Shown one piece after another: positions 47,917 to 60,065 of a stretch of 64,000 bases of DNA (within the stretch, counting starts at the first letter, position 1; the number at the start of each line of letters is the position of its first letter). Origin of the DNA: Podarcis muralis (lineage: Eukaryota). The stretch covers positions 6,572,001 to 6,636,000 of the forward strand of contig NC_135670.1 of assembly GCF_964188315.1 (NCBI RefSeq), in the 5' to 3' direction. Under the pieces are notes generated by a model that was not told the DNA's origin, did not search any database, and was given only the letters and a program-made list of their open reading frames with translations. The position numbers were made by a program, and so were the translations under genes.

Positions 47917-48266
47917 TAAAGGTAAAGGGACCCCTGACCCTTATGTCCAGTCGTGACCGACTCTGGGGTTGCGGCGCTCATCTCGCTTTACTGGCCGAGG
48001 GAGCCGGCGTACAGTTTCTGGGTCATGTGGCCAGCATGACTAAGCCGCTTCTAGAGAACCAGAGCAGCGCACGGAAATGCAGTTTACCTTCCCGCCAGAG
48101 CAGTACCTATTTATCTACTTGCCCTTTGACGTGCTTTTGAACTGCTAGGTTGGCGGGAGCAGCGACCGAGCAACGGGAGCTCACACCGTTGCAGGGATTC
48201 GAACCGCCGACCTTCTGATCGGCATTCCTAGGCTCTGTGGTTTAACCCATAGTGCCACCCGCATCC
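47917..48266 (+). mobile_element. Sauria SINE
   Basis: Full-length match to the other copies. Confidence 0.88.
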
Positions 48267-48348
48267 AGCTGAACCCTCTAAGCAGTGCAAACGAACAAAA
48301 AAAAGCACGTAAAGACAAGATCTTAACATACATGCACACATTTGACTT

Positions 48349-48437
48349 ACCAAAGTCTCTGAGGAGTACAAATGGAGAGAAGGAGATCAAGTCAAGTGAA
48401 GCTGTTGGGATATCTCAGCCCAAGGAGCCCTTTTATA
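48349..48437 (-). promoter_or_regulatory. G6 TATA box, exon 1 (about 48351-48408) and donor
   Basis: TATAAAA at 48431-48437 (minus); ccaacagcttca at +29; ttg|GTAAGT donor at 48350. The link to the CDS crosses an assembly gap. Confidence 0.7.
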
Positions 48438-49559
48438 CTCTTTTGACTGTATCCCCTGATGGCCCCACAGCTAGCTGGGATACACCCCCTTTCCCTGAGG
48501 CTTTAATTAGCAGGCAATTTATGAATTGCATCATGCCCTCTAATTGTTTTAATAAGAACGAAAAATGGGGCAAAAGAGTTCGCATTTCCTCTGCTCCCCA
48601 CAACGCTTCTTTCCTGTTCTCACCCTTTTGATCTTTGCATTCCCATTCTTCCACCAAAGGAGTTAATAAAAAAAATTAAGAAAATGTAAAGATGCCTTTG
48701 TATGTTCATTTCGGACAGATCAACAGGTGCTATGGCTTTGAATGGAATTAAAGTAGCTGGAATGGCTGGAGATTTTATCAGCAGCCTACTTGACTTCCAT
48801 ATCCAAGATTTCGGCTTATGATTCCCTTCACAGCACATAGCCAGGGTTCTCTGCCTCCAATGCCTCTGAATACCTGTTGTTGGAAATCAGAATTGGGGAA
48901 TGGGACATTGAGTTCCTGTCCTTCATATGGGATTCCTATTGGTATCTGGTATCTGGTTGACCGCTGTGAGAACAGAATCTTCCTAATGCTCTAACCTTCG
49001 TTGATGCAAGGATGTCATATACACATGTATGAATAAGTGTACCCAATAAAGCGAAAACGATTTTGAAGAGTTAGCAAAAATTGACAATTATTTGAAGCCC
49101 ACCTCCCAAATAAAACGACTGAAGAAATAAAAGGATAATCTAGGCAGGGATGATAGGAAACCCCTGGAGGGCCACTTTCGCCAGCACTGTACTAGACATA
49201 TGTCCCAACCAATCAGGGATCACATATTAAATTCACTTGTAATATTAGCAGCTCCTGGTTTCCTGAATTTCTAGCCCTCCTGTAACTTGTAATGTCAATG
49301 TGGCTAACACGCTAACACAATGCAAGGGTAAAATTTAATAATGATGTTTAAAAAAATCCTTCGATAGCTTCCTGTTTCTATCCATCTTTGAGATCAGCAA
49401 GGGAAATTCTATCCACTATTGCATCAATATGCAAGATCAGGTGGGCAGATCGAAGAGTTGGTGCCTTCATGGTGGTCAGTTGAGATCTGTTGGTATCCAT
49501 CTATCTCCACTTACTGAAATGCCAAGGTTATTTTCAACTAGCTCATGTTAGACCTATTG

Positions 49560-50118
49560 AAAGCAATGGACAGGGGATGCCAGGAAACAGGGAATTATGT
49601 TCACATGTGGTGGGAGTGTAAATATGTACAATTTTTTTTGGCAAAGGGTATTTAAGGAGATAACAGAAATCACTGGGTTACAGCTGACAGAAAGTCTAGA
49701 GATAGCATTATTATCAATTTACAATGGAGGGGAAGTTTCGCAGGCTATGAAAGACTTGCTCACAAATTTATTGACAGCTGCGTGAATTATTATAGCTAAG
49801 AAGTGGAAGGGGCAAGCAGAATATAAAATGGAAGAAAGGTCTAAAAAGGTGTGGGCTATAGCTGTTAATGATAAATCAACATGTGCCATTGAGGTAAGAT
49901 GGGAAATATGCAAGGGAAATTGTTTTGAGGAGATATGGAGGGTGTTTGCAGAACTTGTACTGTTAAAATGGAAAAGGGTCAAAGCATCGTAAGAAGTGTT
50001 GAATTTTTGGGAGGCGGGATAGTTACAATGGGATAGTATCAGTGGTGGGGTGCACATTTTTATTCTTATTTATTTATGATTATTACTTTGTAAAAAAAGA
50101 AGAAGAAGAAGAAGAAAG
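49560..50118 (+). mobile_element. Degenerate L1-clade LINE 3' end
   Basis: FWQRVFKEITEITG...LLTNLLTAA*IIIAKKWK resembles the L1 ORF2 C-terminus; A-rich tail. Confidence 0.6.
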
Positions 50119-51182
50119 CAATGGACATGTCAGTCAACACCGTGCATTTTGATGGAAATTTCCTGAGAATGAGTTTATTAGACGCAACCCATCATAATTT
50201 CAGCTATGTTTGTGTGTGGCTTGTCGCTCTTAAATTAGCATGTTCTAAACTACAGATTTTGAATACATTTCATACGTTTTCTAGGCTTCCCAATACGCAA
50301 GTTTTAATTGCCTTTCTAAGCTGCCTTTTTCAAAAGAAAAAAAGTAGTGCTTTCCTTTTGGTTTCAACTTGGTACTGATTTTATATATCTGGTTTAGATG
50401 CTTAACATATTTTTGGTTGGTGTGGGGGTTTTTTAACCACAGACACCATCTTCCACCTAGAAGACCACTCCAGATTAACTCTAGATTTTTGCCAGGCTGA
50501 AGGAAACATCTCTCACCTCCTAGGACAAGTGAAGAAGATAACGTATAATGATCCCTGAAGCTGGATCAAACCAAAGGCCCATGTTGTCCAGCATCCTCTT
50601 TCCTGCAGTGGTCAACCAGATGCAGTGGTCAACATAGGGACCATAGCTCTTTCTCACTATTGTTCTCTTCCAAGTGGCATTGGCGCTCTCAGGTCCCAAT
50701 TGTGAGTTCCCCATTGAGGCATCTGGTTCTGCACTGTGAATACAAGAAGCTGAATTAGATGGGGCTTTGACCACATCCAGCAGGGCTTTTCTGATGTGCT
50801 CAAGGCATTCAAGGACACCAATTTCATCTGATACCGGAGATGTCTCAGAAGGTGTAAGCAGAAAGCTTTGATCATGTCCTAGAGTTCCCTACACTGATGA
50901 AAGAGCTTTGATGATCTCCATCTTCTCCCTCTGGGTGTTTCTGATTTAAAACAGCAGATAAACTAGAGCAATTTGACTTGAGGTCAGCAAAATTAAAAGG
51001 AAGGGAGAGGGGAACAAACTGGTGTCAAGACTATTTGTGTTGCATTATTGCAACCACTTAATTTTGTGACCTCCCTCTTTTGTGCTTAGTAAAGTATTTT
51101 GCACATGAAATTGTTGACAACTAAATAAAATGTTAGCTGGAAAGAGGCGGTTTCTTGGTCACAGGAGTGGTTGACAGAACTG

Positions 51183-51266
51183 TATAAAAACGGAAACTTC
51201 TCCCAGTTCCTCCAACAGCTTCATCTGACTCTCTTGTCTTCGTTCCATCTTCTCAAAGAAGCAGGT
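51183..51266 (+). promoter_or_regulatory. G7 TATA box, exon 1 (about 51212-51264) and donor
   Basis: TATAAAA at 51183-51189; ccaacagcttca at +29; cag|GTAAGT donor at 51265. Inverted paralog of the G8 promoter. Confidence 0.8.
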
Positions 51267-51546
51267 AAGTCCATTTTCTTGGGTGAATATTTCTGAATTT
51301 ATCAAAAAATTCACACCAAATTAAGACTAGATGGATTTTCCAGCTTCACACTTTGTAAGTGCATTGACTATGATATTGCTAGAAGAAACTCTCATTAAGC
51401 ATTTTTAAGGACAGCTGAAAGGTGCCACCAGCTCTCCATCTTCTCCCTTCCTTCCTAAATGATATTTAGACAAACATACACACTGCTGTCTTTTACAGCA
51501 CAAAACTCTGCATTTCACTCAGCAGTAAACCTGAATGTGTTGTGCT

Positions 51547-51793
51547 TAAAGGTAAAGGGACCCCGGACCATTAGGTCCAGTCGTGGCCGACTCTGGGGTT
51601 GCAGCGCTCATCTCACTTTATTGGCCGAGGGAGCCGGCATACAGCTTCTGGGTCATGTGGCCAGCATAACTAAGCCGCTTCTGGTGAACCAGAGCAGCCA
51701 TGGAAATGCCGTTTACCTTCCTGCCGGAGCGGTACCTATTTATCTACTTGCACTTTGACGTGCTTTCAAACTGCTAGGTTGGCAGGAGCAGGG
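51547..51793 (+). mobile_element. 3'-truncated Sauria SINE in the G7 intron
   Basis: aaaggtaaagggacccc head and core present. Confidence 0.8.
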
Positions 51794-52135
51794 CTGTCTT
51801 ATTTTTTTCAAGCTCATCCCCAACTTGCTAAACAATGGTATACTGTGGTCCAGTATGTTCAAGATACACACCGATAGCATTGCTGATAAAACATGCCTTT
51901 TCTTAAAAGAACCTTACTGGGTTATCTCATCATTTTCTTATATTTCAGAACATCAGTACTGGGAGTAGCCAGCATAGCACCTTCTAGATTAAAATGCCAA
52001 GAAAGGGGGTCATTCCTTAGTGCTGCAGCCCATGCTTTGCATGCACAAGGTCTCAGGATCAGTTCCCTACACCTCTAGGTGGGGCCAGTAATGTCTGTCG
52101 GGAACCCAGGAGAGCCATTGGCAATCAGTGTAGAC

Positions 52136-52371
52136 CGTGGGTAGACCCCAGTCCGGGGGCTGGATCTGGCCCAATTGCCTTCTAAATCCGGCCCATGGAT
52201 GGTCCAGAATCAGCAAGTTTTTACATGAGTAGAATGTGTCCTTTTATTTAAAATGCATCTCTGGGTTATTTGTGAGGCATAGGAATTCATTCATATATTT
52301 TTTTTCAAAATATAGTCTGGCCCCTCACAAGGTCTGAGGGACAGTGGACTGAAAAAGTTTGCTGACTCCTG
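52136..52371. mobile_element. hAT (Charlie-like) MITE
   Basis: 8-bp TSD gtgtagac at 52128-52135 and 52372-52379. Confidence 0.8.
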
Positions 52372-53134
52372 GTGTAGACAATATTGACAACAAAACCCAC
52401 ATTTAGTAGATGGCAGCTATATATCTTGTTCTCATCACCCTGAACTGTTGTTCATGCTAGCTGAGTCTCATGGGCGTTGAAGTCCACGATATCAGGGCAG
52501 GCATCACTTTGATTCCTCTTGATCTGCACCATATCTGAAACTTTTTCATTCTTTGCCTTTCGTGATCCATGTTCAACTCAGTTCAGCAATTTTATGTTTT
52601 GTTTTGTTTTGGATATAATTTTTTATTCCATTTTCTGTTTCACAATTTCAGATAAAGATTTTACGTACTTAAAATATCAGTGACTTCCTGTCAGGGACTG
52701 GACTGAGGAGGAATGGTGGAGACCACCCACTTTCCTCCTGAAGCTTCCAAAGAAGAGGGAGACAGTATAGAATTACAACAGTGGTTTGCAGGAGGTCATA
52801 GTTCAGAGGCTGCAGAGGGGAGAAGCTGGGAAATATTGGGAGAGGAGCAGAAGGAAGAAGAAGCACCAGGGGAGATACAGCTGGCAGACTGAGTGTCTTT
52901 AGAATGCATTCCAGGCCCTTCTCTCTCCCAGAACCTGGCAGGCATTGAAAGTAGGAGAGCAGAGAGCTCAGAGGCAAAAGGCATAGAGAAGCGACCATAG
53001 GGAAGACATATAATAGAAGAGACGGAGGGGGTGGGGTTTTCACTTGGAGCAACGTCATTACTCTAAGAAGCAACATTTCTAAGCCTCTCTCTGTGAACAT
53101 TGAATAAAATACCTTGGTAAGAACTCCCATCGTT

Positions 53135-53385
53135 CAGCCTGGACACTGAGATCCAGCGCCGAGGGCCTTCTGGCAGTTCCCTCATTGTGAGAAGTGAGGT
53201 TACAGGGAACCAAACAGAGGGCCTTCTTGGTAGTGGCGCCCACCCTGTGGAACGCCCTCTCATCAGATGTCAAGGAAATAAGTAGCTATCCTATCTTTAA
53301 AAGACATCTGAAGGCAGCCCTGTTTAGGGAAGTTTTTAATATTTAATGCTGTATTGTTTTTAACACTCAATTGGGAGCCACTTCC
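53135..53385 (+). mobile_element. L2 LINE 3' end (same family as about 47360-47645, minus)
   Basis: gggccttcttggtagtggcgcccaccctgtggaacgccct...gacatctgaaggcagccctgtttagggaag. Confidence 0.65.
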
Positions 53386-53470
53386 CTTCTTCTCTTTCCA
53401 TGGTTCATTTTGCATATCTTATATCCCTGCATATCTTACAAAACCTATACCGATCAGTTTTCCATTATTA

Positions 53471-53831
53471 GGTAAAAGGTAAAGGTACCCCTGCCCGTAC
53501 GGGCCAGTCTTGCCAGACTCTAGGGTTGTGCGCTCATCTCACTCTATAGGCCAGGAGCCAGTGCTGTCCGCAGACACTTCCGGGTCACGTGGCCAGCGTG
53601 ACATCGCTGCTCTGGCAAGCCAGCGCAGCACACGGAACACCGTTTACCTTCCCGCTAGAAAGCGGTCCCTATTTATCTACTTGCACCCGAAGGTGCTTTC
53701 GAACTGCTAGGTTGGCAGGCGCTGGGACCGAACGACAGGAGCGCACCCCGCCGCAGGGATTCGAACCGCCGACCTTTCGATCGGCAAGTCCTAGGTGCTG
53801 AGGCTTTAACCCACAGCGCCACCTGCGTCCC
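53471..53831 (+). mobile_element. Sauria SINE immediately before the G7 acceptor
   Basis: 12-bp TSD tttccattatta at 53459-53470 and 53832-53843. Confidence 0.9.
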
Positions 53832-53933
53832 TTTCCATTATTACATCCATCAAAAAATTATTTATCTTCATGCTGCCAGAGTTTTCAGCTGTACACAAGC
53901 AATTTTTTTTTTTTTTTAGATTCATCTTCAGCC

Positions 53934-54443
53934 ATGGCTCACTGTGGCCCATCCTGTGCCGTCCCATCCTGTGCTTCCACCCCCACCGTTGGGTTTGGAT
54001 CTGCAGCTCTTGGTAGACGTGGAGGTCTTGGCTACGGATGGGGAGGTCTTGGCTACGGCAATGGAGGTCTCGGCTACGGCTATGGAGGTCTCGGCTACGG
54101 CTATGGAGGTGCCGAAAGAGCAGCCAATCTCGGTGTCCTGGACGGAGTCATCCCTTCATGCGTCAACCAGATCCCACCAGCAGAGGTCGTGATCCAGCCA
54201 CCTCCCAGTGTCCTGACCATCCCAGGGCCCATCCTCTCTGCCAGCTGTGAGCCTCTGTCTGTTGGAGGCAACACTCCATGTGCTGTTAGTGGTTCTGGAA
54301 TCGTAGGGGGTTATGGCTATGGTGGGTGGGGCTATGGGTCTGGCCTCCTTGGAAGCTCTGGGGGCTGGGGCTATGGTTTGGGCTATGGAAGGGGAGCACT
54401 CCTTGGAAGGAAGTTCGGGCGTCGTGGTAGCATCTGTTCTTAG
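53934..54443 (+). CDS. Corneous beta-protein G7, 169 aa
   Basis: MAHCGPSC, GGLGYGx repeats, core SCVNQIPPAEVVIQPPPSVLTIPGPILSASCEP, tail ending GRRGSICS. Acceptor (t)n-AG at 53918-53919. Confidence 0.96.
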   Translation: MAHCGPSCAVPSCASTPTVGFGSAALGRRGGLGYGWGGLGYGNGGLGYGYGGLGYGYGGAERAANLGVLDGVIPSCVNQIPPAEVVIQPPPSVLTIPGPILSASCEPLSVGGNTPCAVSGSGIVGGYGYGGWGYGSGLLGSSGGWGYGLGYGRGALLGRKFGRRGSICS

Positions 54444-54667
54444 GCCAATTAAACCTAAGAAGCATATCCTGAACTGATATCCAGGGAACTTGATACAGAT
54501 CCATTTGCTAAGGTTTAGAAGACCTGCATCCAAGCAAACCGCTGCTGAAGCTGAAGCCTCTTAATTCCCCCCTCTGTATTATGAAGTTGAGAAGACCAAG
54601 AACCTTCTACAATATGCACCTTTTTTGCCTATTGTACAACTATCCTTTCTTTTTCTTTGACCTTTTC

Positions 54668-54673
54668 AATAAA
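54668..54673 (+). terminator. G7 polyadenylation signal
   Basis: AATAAA followed by gcttgttctgcat. Confidence 0.7.
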
Positions 54674-55187
54674 GCTTGTTCTGCATTCTGATAACCTGTG
54701 TGTCTTTGTTTTTAAAACTCCACCTCCAGTTTCTCATAGCAAGGTGTCCAAGGTCTTACCCAATTAAAATTGGAGTATTGAGGGCTGTCTTTCTCTCTTG
54801 CGCCCTGAAGGGTTTACATGGAGTGTGGAAAAAGTATGTTATATTCCTCTAGAAAAACCATTCTCCTCTTATTCAACATAAGTACGGGATCTCTCTCCAG
54901 GGCACCCTGACTGTTTAACATTCAGAGAAACAACTCATAGTCGGGGTTCAAACACAACTTTTGCTGATCGTTAAAGGACCAGGAAGGATGGGTTAAATAG
55001 GTGCAAGGAAGCAGTTGTGGCCCTTCTCCTGATTCCTCTTTGCTGTCATTTGGGGGAAGTGAGTCATAATTAAATCATATGAGTGGGGGAATAGATTTCT
55101 CATAACAACTGGGCAGGTTATAGGGTTCAAGAAGAGTCACTGATACACCTAGATTGGAGGTATCAAGTGACCCTCTAGAGTCTAGAC

Positions 55188-55504
55188 CAGGGGTCAGCAA
55201 ACTTTTTCATCAGGGGGCGGTCCAATGTCGCTCAGACCCTGTGGGGGGCCAGACTATATTTTTTTTTTGGGGGGGGATGAACGAATTCCTATGCCCAACA
55301 AATAACCCAGAGACTCATTTTAAATAAAAGCACACATTCTACCCATGTAAAAATACCAGGCAGGCCCCACAAATAACCCAGAGATGCATTTTAAATATAA
55401 GGACACCTTCTACTCATGTAAAAACATGCTGATTCCCATACCGTCCGTGGGCCGGATTTAGAAGGTGATTGGACCAGATCCGGCCCCTAGTTTGCCTACC
55501 CATG
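55188..55504. mobile_element. hAT (Charlie-like) MITE
   Basis: 8-bp TSD gtctagac at 55180-55187 and 55505-55512. Confidence 0.85.
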
Positions 55505-56126
55505 GTCTAGACATCACTGGACTCCAGCTCCTGTCATCCCTGTCCTTGGTTCAGGATTGCTGGATCTGGTGCAAGTTAGAGTCCAACAACTTCTGCAGAG
55601 ACAGAGCTTCCCCATCCCATCCCATCCAATACCTATAAACATGAAGTGGGAGTCACAAGTCTTGCCCTAATGGTGAGAACTATGGACATGGAAAGAACAG
55701 AAGACGAGAAGAAGAGAGAGCCCTGCTGGGTCAGGTCAAAGGCCCTTCTAGTCCAGCATCCTGTTCTCATAGTAGCCAATTAGTTCTATGGCAAACCTGC
55801 ACACAAGACATGAACCCAATATCCCTCTCCCACTTGTGATTCCAAGCAACTGGTGTTCAGAGTCATGCCGTCTCTTGTACGAGTGTAATATATAGCCATG
55901 GATGAAGTCAAGGTCTAAATGCATTTGATATTTTTCAACAAGTGCTAAATAATTTACTCCCCCCTCCTCTTATTTGTTCAGAAATATGTTTCTGTATAAC
56001 CAGATAGGCATAACCATGTTATCACATCATTGCAGTGTGAAAGTGCCTATCTAATCAAAAAGTCAACAATACATGAAGAGAGAGAGATAGAGAATAGAGA
56101 TCCTTAAGTTCAATGAGGACATATAA

Positions 56127-56614
56127 TGTCAGGCTCAAGGGATTTTCTCCTCCCCCGGTAGCATCAAGGAAGAAACAAGAAAGTTCGTATTTATGTTTTT
56201 ATTCGGTCATCGTGGTGAAAGGCAAAGAATTCTAGTCCTTTATTCCATACTGATGTTGCTCACTCTGAGCTCCTCCCCTTCCTTCCCCAGCAACAGCCTG
56301 TGGCTCTACTGGGGGCCTCAGGAGTCAAATGTTGTTGAGCCCTTGGCTCTTGAATTCTCATTGAGCGGCGTGTATGTGGGGATGGTGAAGATTCTGTGCT
56401 TTCCAAGGACATCTCTGCTGGCAGTTCTCCAACTCCCCCTCCTTCTCCTGACACCTCATAACTCAGCAGCTCTGAATTCTACTGTAACTCAATCCTGTCT
56501 CCCTCTTCTCTTGAACCTGCTGGAGAAGGGGGGGGTGATACCACCTCCTCCGAGGGAAGCAGAGGAGAAGGAGGGGGCGATCCCCAGCCCTCCTCTTCAG
56601 TCCGGCCCCTAACA
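56127..56614 (-). mobile_element. Solo LTR
   Basis: TGTCAGG...CCTAACA termini; 5-bp TSD tataa at 56122-56126 and 56615-56619; AATAAA on the minus strand near 56200. Confidence 0.7.
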
Positions 56615-56911
56615 TATAAATAGGTGTCACCAGTCCATCCATTAATATAATAACTGTGAAAAAGGAAGTATATAATAATAAATACTTAGCTAAGAAAAAG
56701 AAAAGGGGAAAAGAAAGGAGGGAGGTAAAAAAGCATACCTTTAAATAAACTTTCTTATTTTAAAAATAAATTCATATTTATAGATACTCAAAAAACAAAG
56801 TAATAGCCATCTATATTAATATGAAAAAAATATCTGTGGAAATCAATGTGGAGGGGCAGAAAATATAAATTGCATACTTTTTTCACAGATTAATCACAGA
56901 CATATTACCAG

Positions 56912-56912
<1 letters not shown>

Positions 56913-56945
<33 letters not shown>
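56913..56945. repeat. (TG)n microsatellite
   Basis: Direct reading. Confidence 0.95.
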
Positions 56946-56948
<3 letters not shown>

Positions 56949-57630
56949 GTAATTCCAAATTCATAAATTAAGCTCCCACCCTATTTAAACACTATATACA
57001 GTAAACCAGGCAAAAAGTATTAGATCACAGAGAATAAATTATATGGAGGAGTGTTTTCTTCAACTTTCTTATCCCCCCCAAAATATTTAAAATGTCCATC
57101 TTTTAACTATTCCCCCCCCCTCCTTGCTGGATAACAAGAACTCTTCTCTGACAAGTTGCTGCAGTCAAAATGGCAGCTTGGAACTTCCTCATTTTTCCAA
57201 TTTTGATGCCTTGGCAGAGCCTTGACATGACATGACTTCTGGTGCTTCGTAAGGACCTGGAAGTCATGTCAGAGGCCTTGCGGTGCAGGTGCTGAGCACC
57301 CACAACAATGTTTTGTGGGTGCCCTGGCCCCCTGGATGCTTTCCTTTGTTCTCTCAGTCTCTCCCTTCCCTGCCTCTTACTCCGAGTCCTTCACCAACAA
57401 TCCATCACTTTAATGTGTGTGTAATTCTTGGGTCCCAATAATGGCCCATAGCTGAGGACACCAAGGAAAACAAAAGGGGGCTGGGAGCCAGGGAAGAATA
57501 TAAAAAGAAGAAAAGAGGAAAGAAAGAAGAAAGAGAAAGGCACTTCCAATTTTCCATCTGCCAGTTACATAACAGAAATTATTCAAAATATTCACTCCAA
57601 GAAAGCGTGTTCTCCTTCATGGAGAGCATG

Positions 57631-58923
57631 TGTTGCGGTGGGGGCCGACAGGACGCTCCAAAGTTGTGGGGCGGGCTAATTGATCATTGGCCACTGTTGT
57701 GATTGGGCTTCCCTTGTTGTTGGGATGATGTTGCCATTTGATGATTGACAGGCAGAAATGTTAAAATTCCCTGCATGAGGCGTAGAGCTTCCTCTTTTTG
57801 TTCCGTGCATCGGATTGCCCGCCCCCCCTCCCTATATTTAAGGGTTGTTCGCTTTGACCTTGCTATGCCTATCATGGGGTCGTCTGCTCCTGGGGCAGGG
57901 GCTGGGTAGGAATTTTGTCCATCTGGCTGATTGGCTGGGGCCATTTGGTTTTTGCCTACTGTGTAGCAAATCGTCACAACTTGTAAGGTTGCGGTTAGGC
58001 ATTGGTTTATGGTTTGGTTGGTTGAGGGGCATGGATTGGCTGTGCCTGCCCCTCTAATGCTGCTGCTGCAAGGGATTCCGTTAAAGGAATACAGGGGCTC
58101 ATTATTGCTTTTGTCAAACCCTGTCAAGGGGCTAGGGCCACGCAAGAGCCCCTGGTTGCATTTGGGGAAGGCTGAGGGCAGGCTCCCTGCTCTGTCGCTA
58201 CCCTCAAATTTATTCCCCTTTTCTGACTTTCGCAGACTTGCGAAATATCAGTCTGTCCCCCACTGGCGTGCAGATAGTCGCAACCAATGCCTAAGCAACC
58301 ACTCACATTTGGAAGAATGGCAGATGAAGGTGATGGATTACATGGAATTGGCGGAAATGACTGGCAGGATCCGAGACCAGGGAGAAGAGTCAGTGGAAGA
58401 AGACGGGAAGAAATTTAAAGACTATCTACAGAGATATTGTAAAATTAATGAATGTTAGAATGATGTTGGATTGAAATTAAGTGGTTTCTAGCTGTAATGG
58501 TATAAAAGAATATGAAAAAATGGTTTTTTATAAGTAAAAATTCAAGGTTATAATAATTTAAGATTAAAGATCAGGGTAAAATAAAGAGGGAAAGAAACTG
58601 CTGAACTAATAAATAGAACTGGAATACAAAAAAGGGAGGTATGAGGAGGTCCAGGAAACAAGTAAATGAAAAATAAGTGATGAAAAGATTGACTGTTTTT
58701 AACTGTTTTTATTTGTATTTTTTTCTTTTTTCTTTTTCTATTTTGTAATATTGTAAAAACCCTAATAAAAAATTTATTAAAAAAATAAAAATAAGCAACC
58801 ACTCACATTTTTTCTATTTTAATAAAGTTGTGGCCAAAATTATGCCAAAAAACCTTCTGTGTTATGCCAACAAAAATTCTGTGTGTTGTGTGAGTTATTT
58901 GGGGTGGCCTGGGGACCTCGACA
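57631..58923 (+). mobile_element. Putative solo LTR carrying an L1 insertion
   Basis: TGTTG...CGACA termini; aataaagttgtggccaa shared with 42304; no clean TSD. Confidence 0.5.
58311..58791 (+). mobile_element. 5'-truncated L1-clade LINE
   Basis: EEWQMKVMDYMELAEMTGRIRDQ...KFKDYL C-terminus; AATAAA and A-rich tail; 19-bp TSD taagcaaccactcacattt at 58292-58310 and 58792-58810. Confidence 0.8.
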
Positions 58924-58949
58924 TGCAAAACATCCAGCTGTTCTACTTC

Positions 58950-59300
58950 CTGCTAAGCAATATTTTCCCAATCCCCAGATTCTATAGTTTCAATATAGGG
59001 TTTCGCGCTAAGTATACAATTCCTGGTAAAAGGTTTCTGCAATTTCTCGCATCTTTATCCTTATATTTAATGGATGGAATACACATTTGGATCTGTTTAT
59101 CTTTCAGATGTTTTGATAGTGATTTAGATGGTTTATTGCTGTATTTCAACCATCTTTGATTTTTTTTACAGTTGGCAAAGCATTCCAGTTTTTCGGCTTG
59201 GATATTTTGAATGTTCTCTGTTGTTCTTAACTTCATACACCATGTTTGCTTATGCTAATGTGTCTTTTCTTAACATTTAAACCATTTTTTTCTGCTTGAG
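58950..59300 (-). mobile_element. L1-clade ORF2 internal fragment
   Basis: KYSNKPSKSLSKHLKDKQ...IPSIK resembles the EN-RT linker. Confidence 0.45.
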
Positions 59301-59835
59301 AGAATCTCTTATACATCTCTGCTGCTGTTTTCGTTTTGTCAGAACACCTCTGATATTAGATTCAGTTTCATCCCATTTATGGCCATTTTGTTTATGCACT
59401 TAAAAAAACCAATCTAAATATTGCTCTATTTGTGTCTTTCTGTCTGCTCTTACTGATATACTGTTATTCATTCTCTAGAGTTTATTATTACAATTATTTG
59501 ACATTTTGATGTTCAATTTTATTAGTGCACGATCTGCATAAATCTTTAGTAATACTGGAATAGATTTCACTCAAGTGACCAAATTAGCAGCTATTTTAAA
59601 ATATCACATTCAACAGGATCTATGAGCTTGCAAGTAAAATGTATAATCCCTTAAAGTTGGAGTATAAAACCTCCAAACATCTGTCAAATTTTTGTTGGCA
59701 AACATGCCTTGAGCCACATTCTAGTTTTAATTTAGACAAAAAGTCACTTCAATCAGCTGGACAGCTTGCTGTGAGGAACTGAGGCCAAGTGTTACAAAAA
59801 CCAACACACATGGGTTACCATAATGCGCCAAAAGC

Positions 59836-59841
59836 TTTATT
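59836..59841 (-). terminator. G8 polyadenylation signal
   Basis: Sense ttcAATAAAgctttt, same context as in G7. Confidence 0.7.
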
Positions 59842-60065
59842 GAAAAGATTCAAGAAATGACATTGATAGCTGTATGAGAAATACAGAGGAAATTTAGCAT
59901 ATAAGCATCTTAGTTTTCTGGACTTCAAAGCCAAGAGGTGGGGGATGAAGGGGGTTCAACTTCAGCAGTGGATCCTGGGATTTAGCTCTTTTGAACCACG
60001 CCCAATGGATCTGTATCAAGCTCTCTGATTATCAGTTCATAATATGCTTCTCAGGTTTAATTGGC

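Noticed and set aside
54156-54533. Antisense ORFs over G4-G8
   Set aside because: Gly/Tyr repeat codons rarely give antisense stops; no promoter or homology support.
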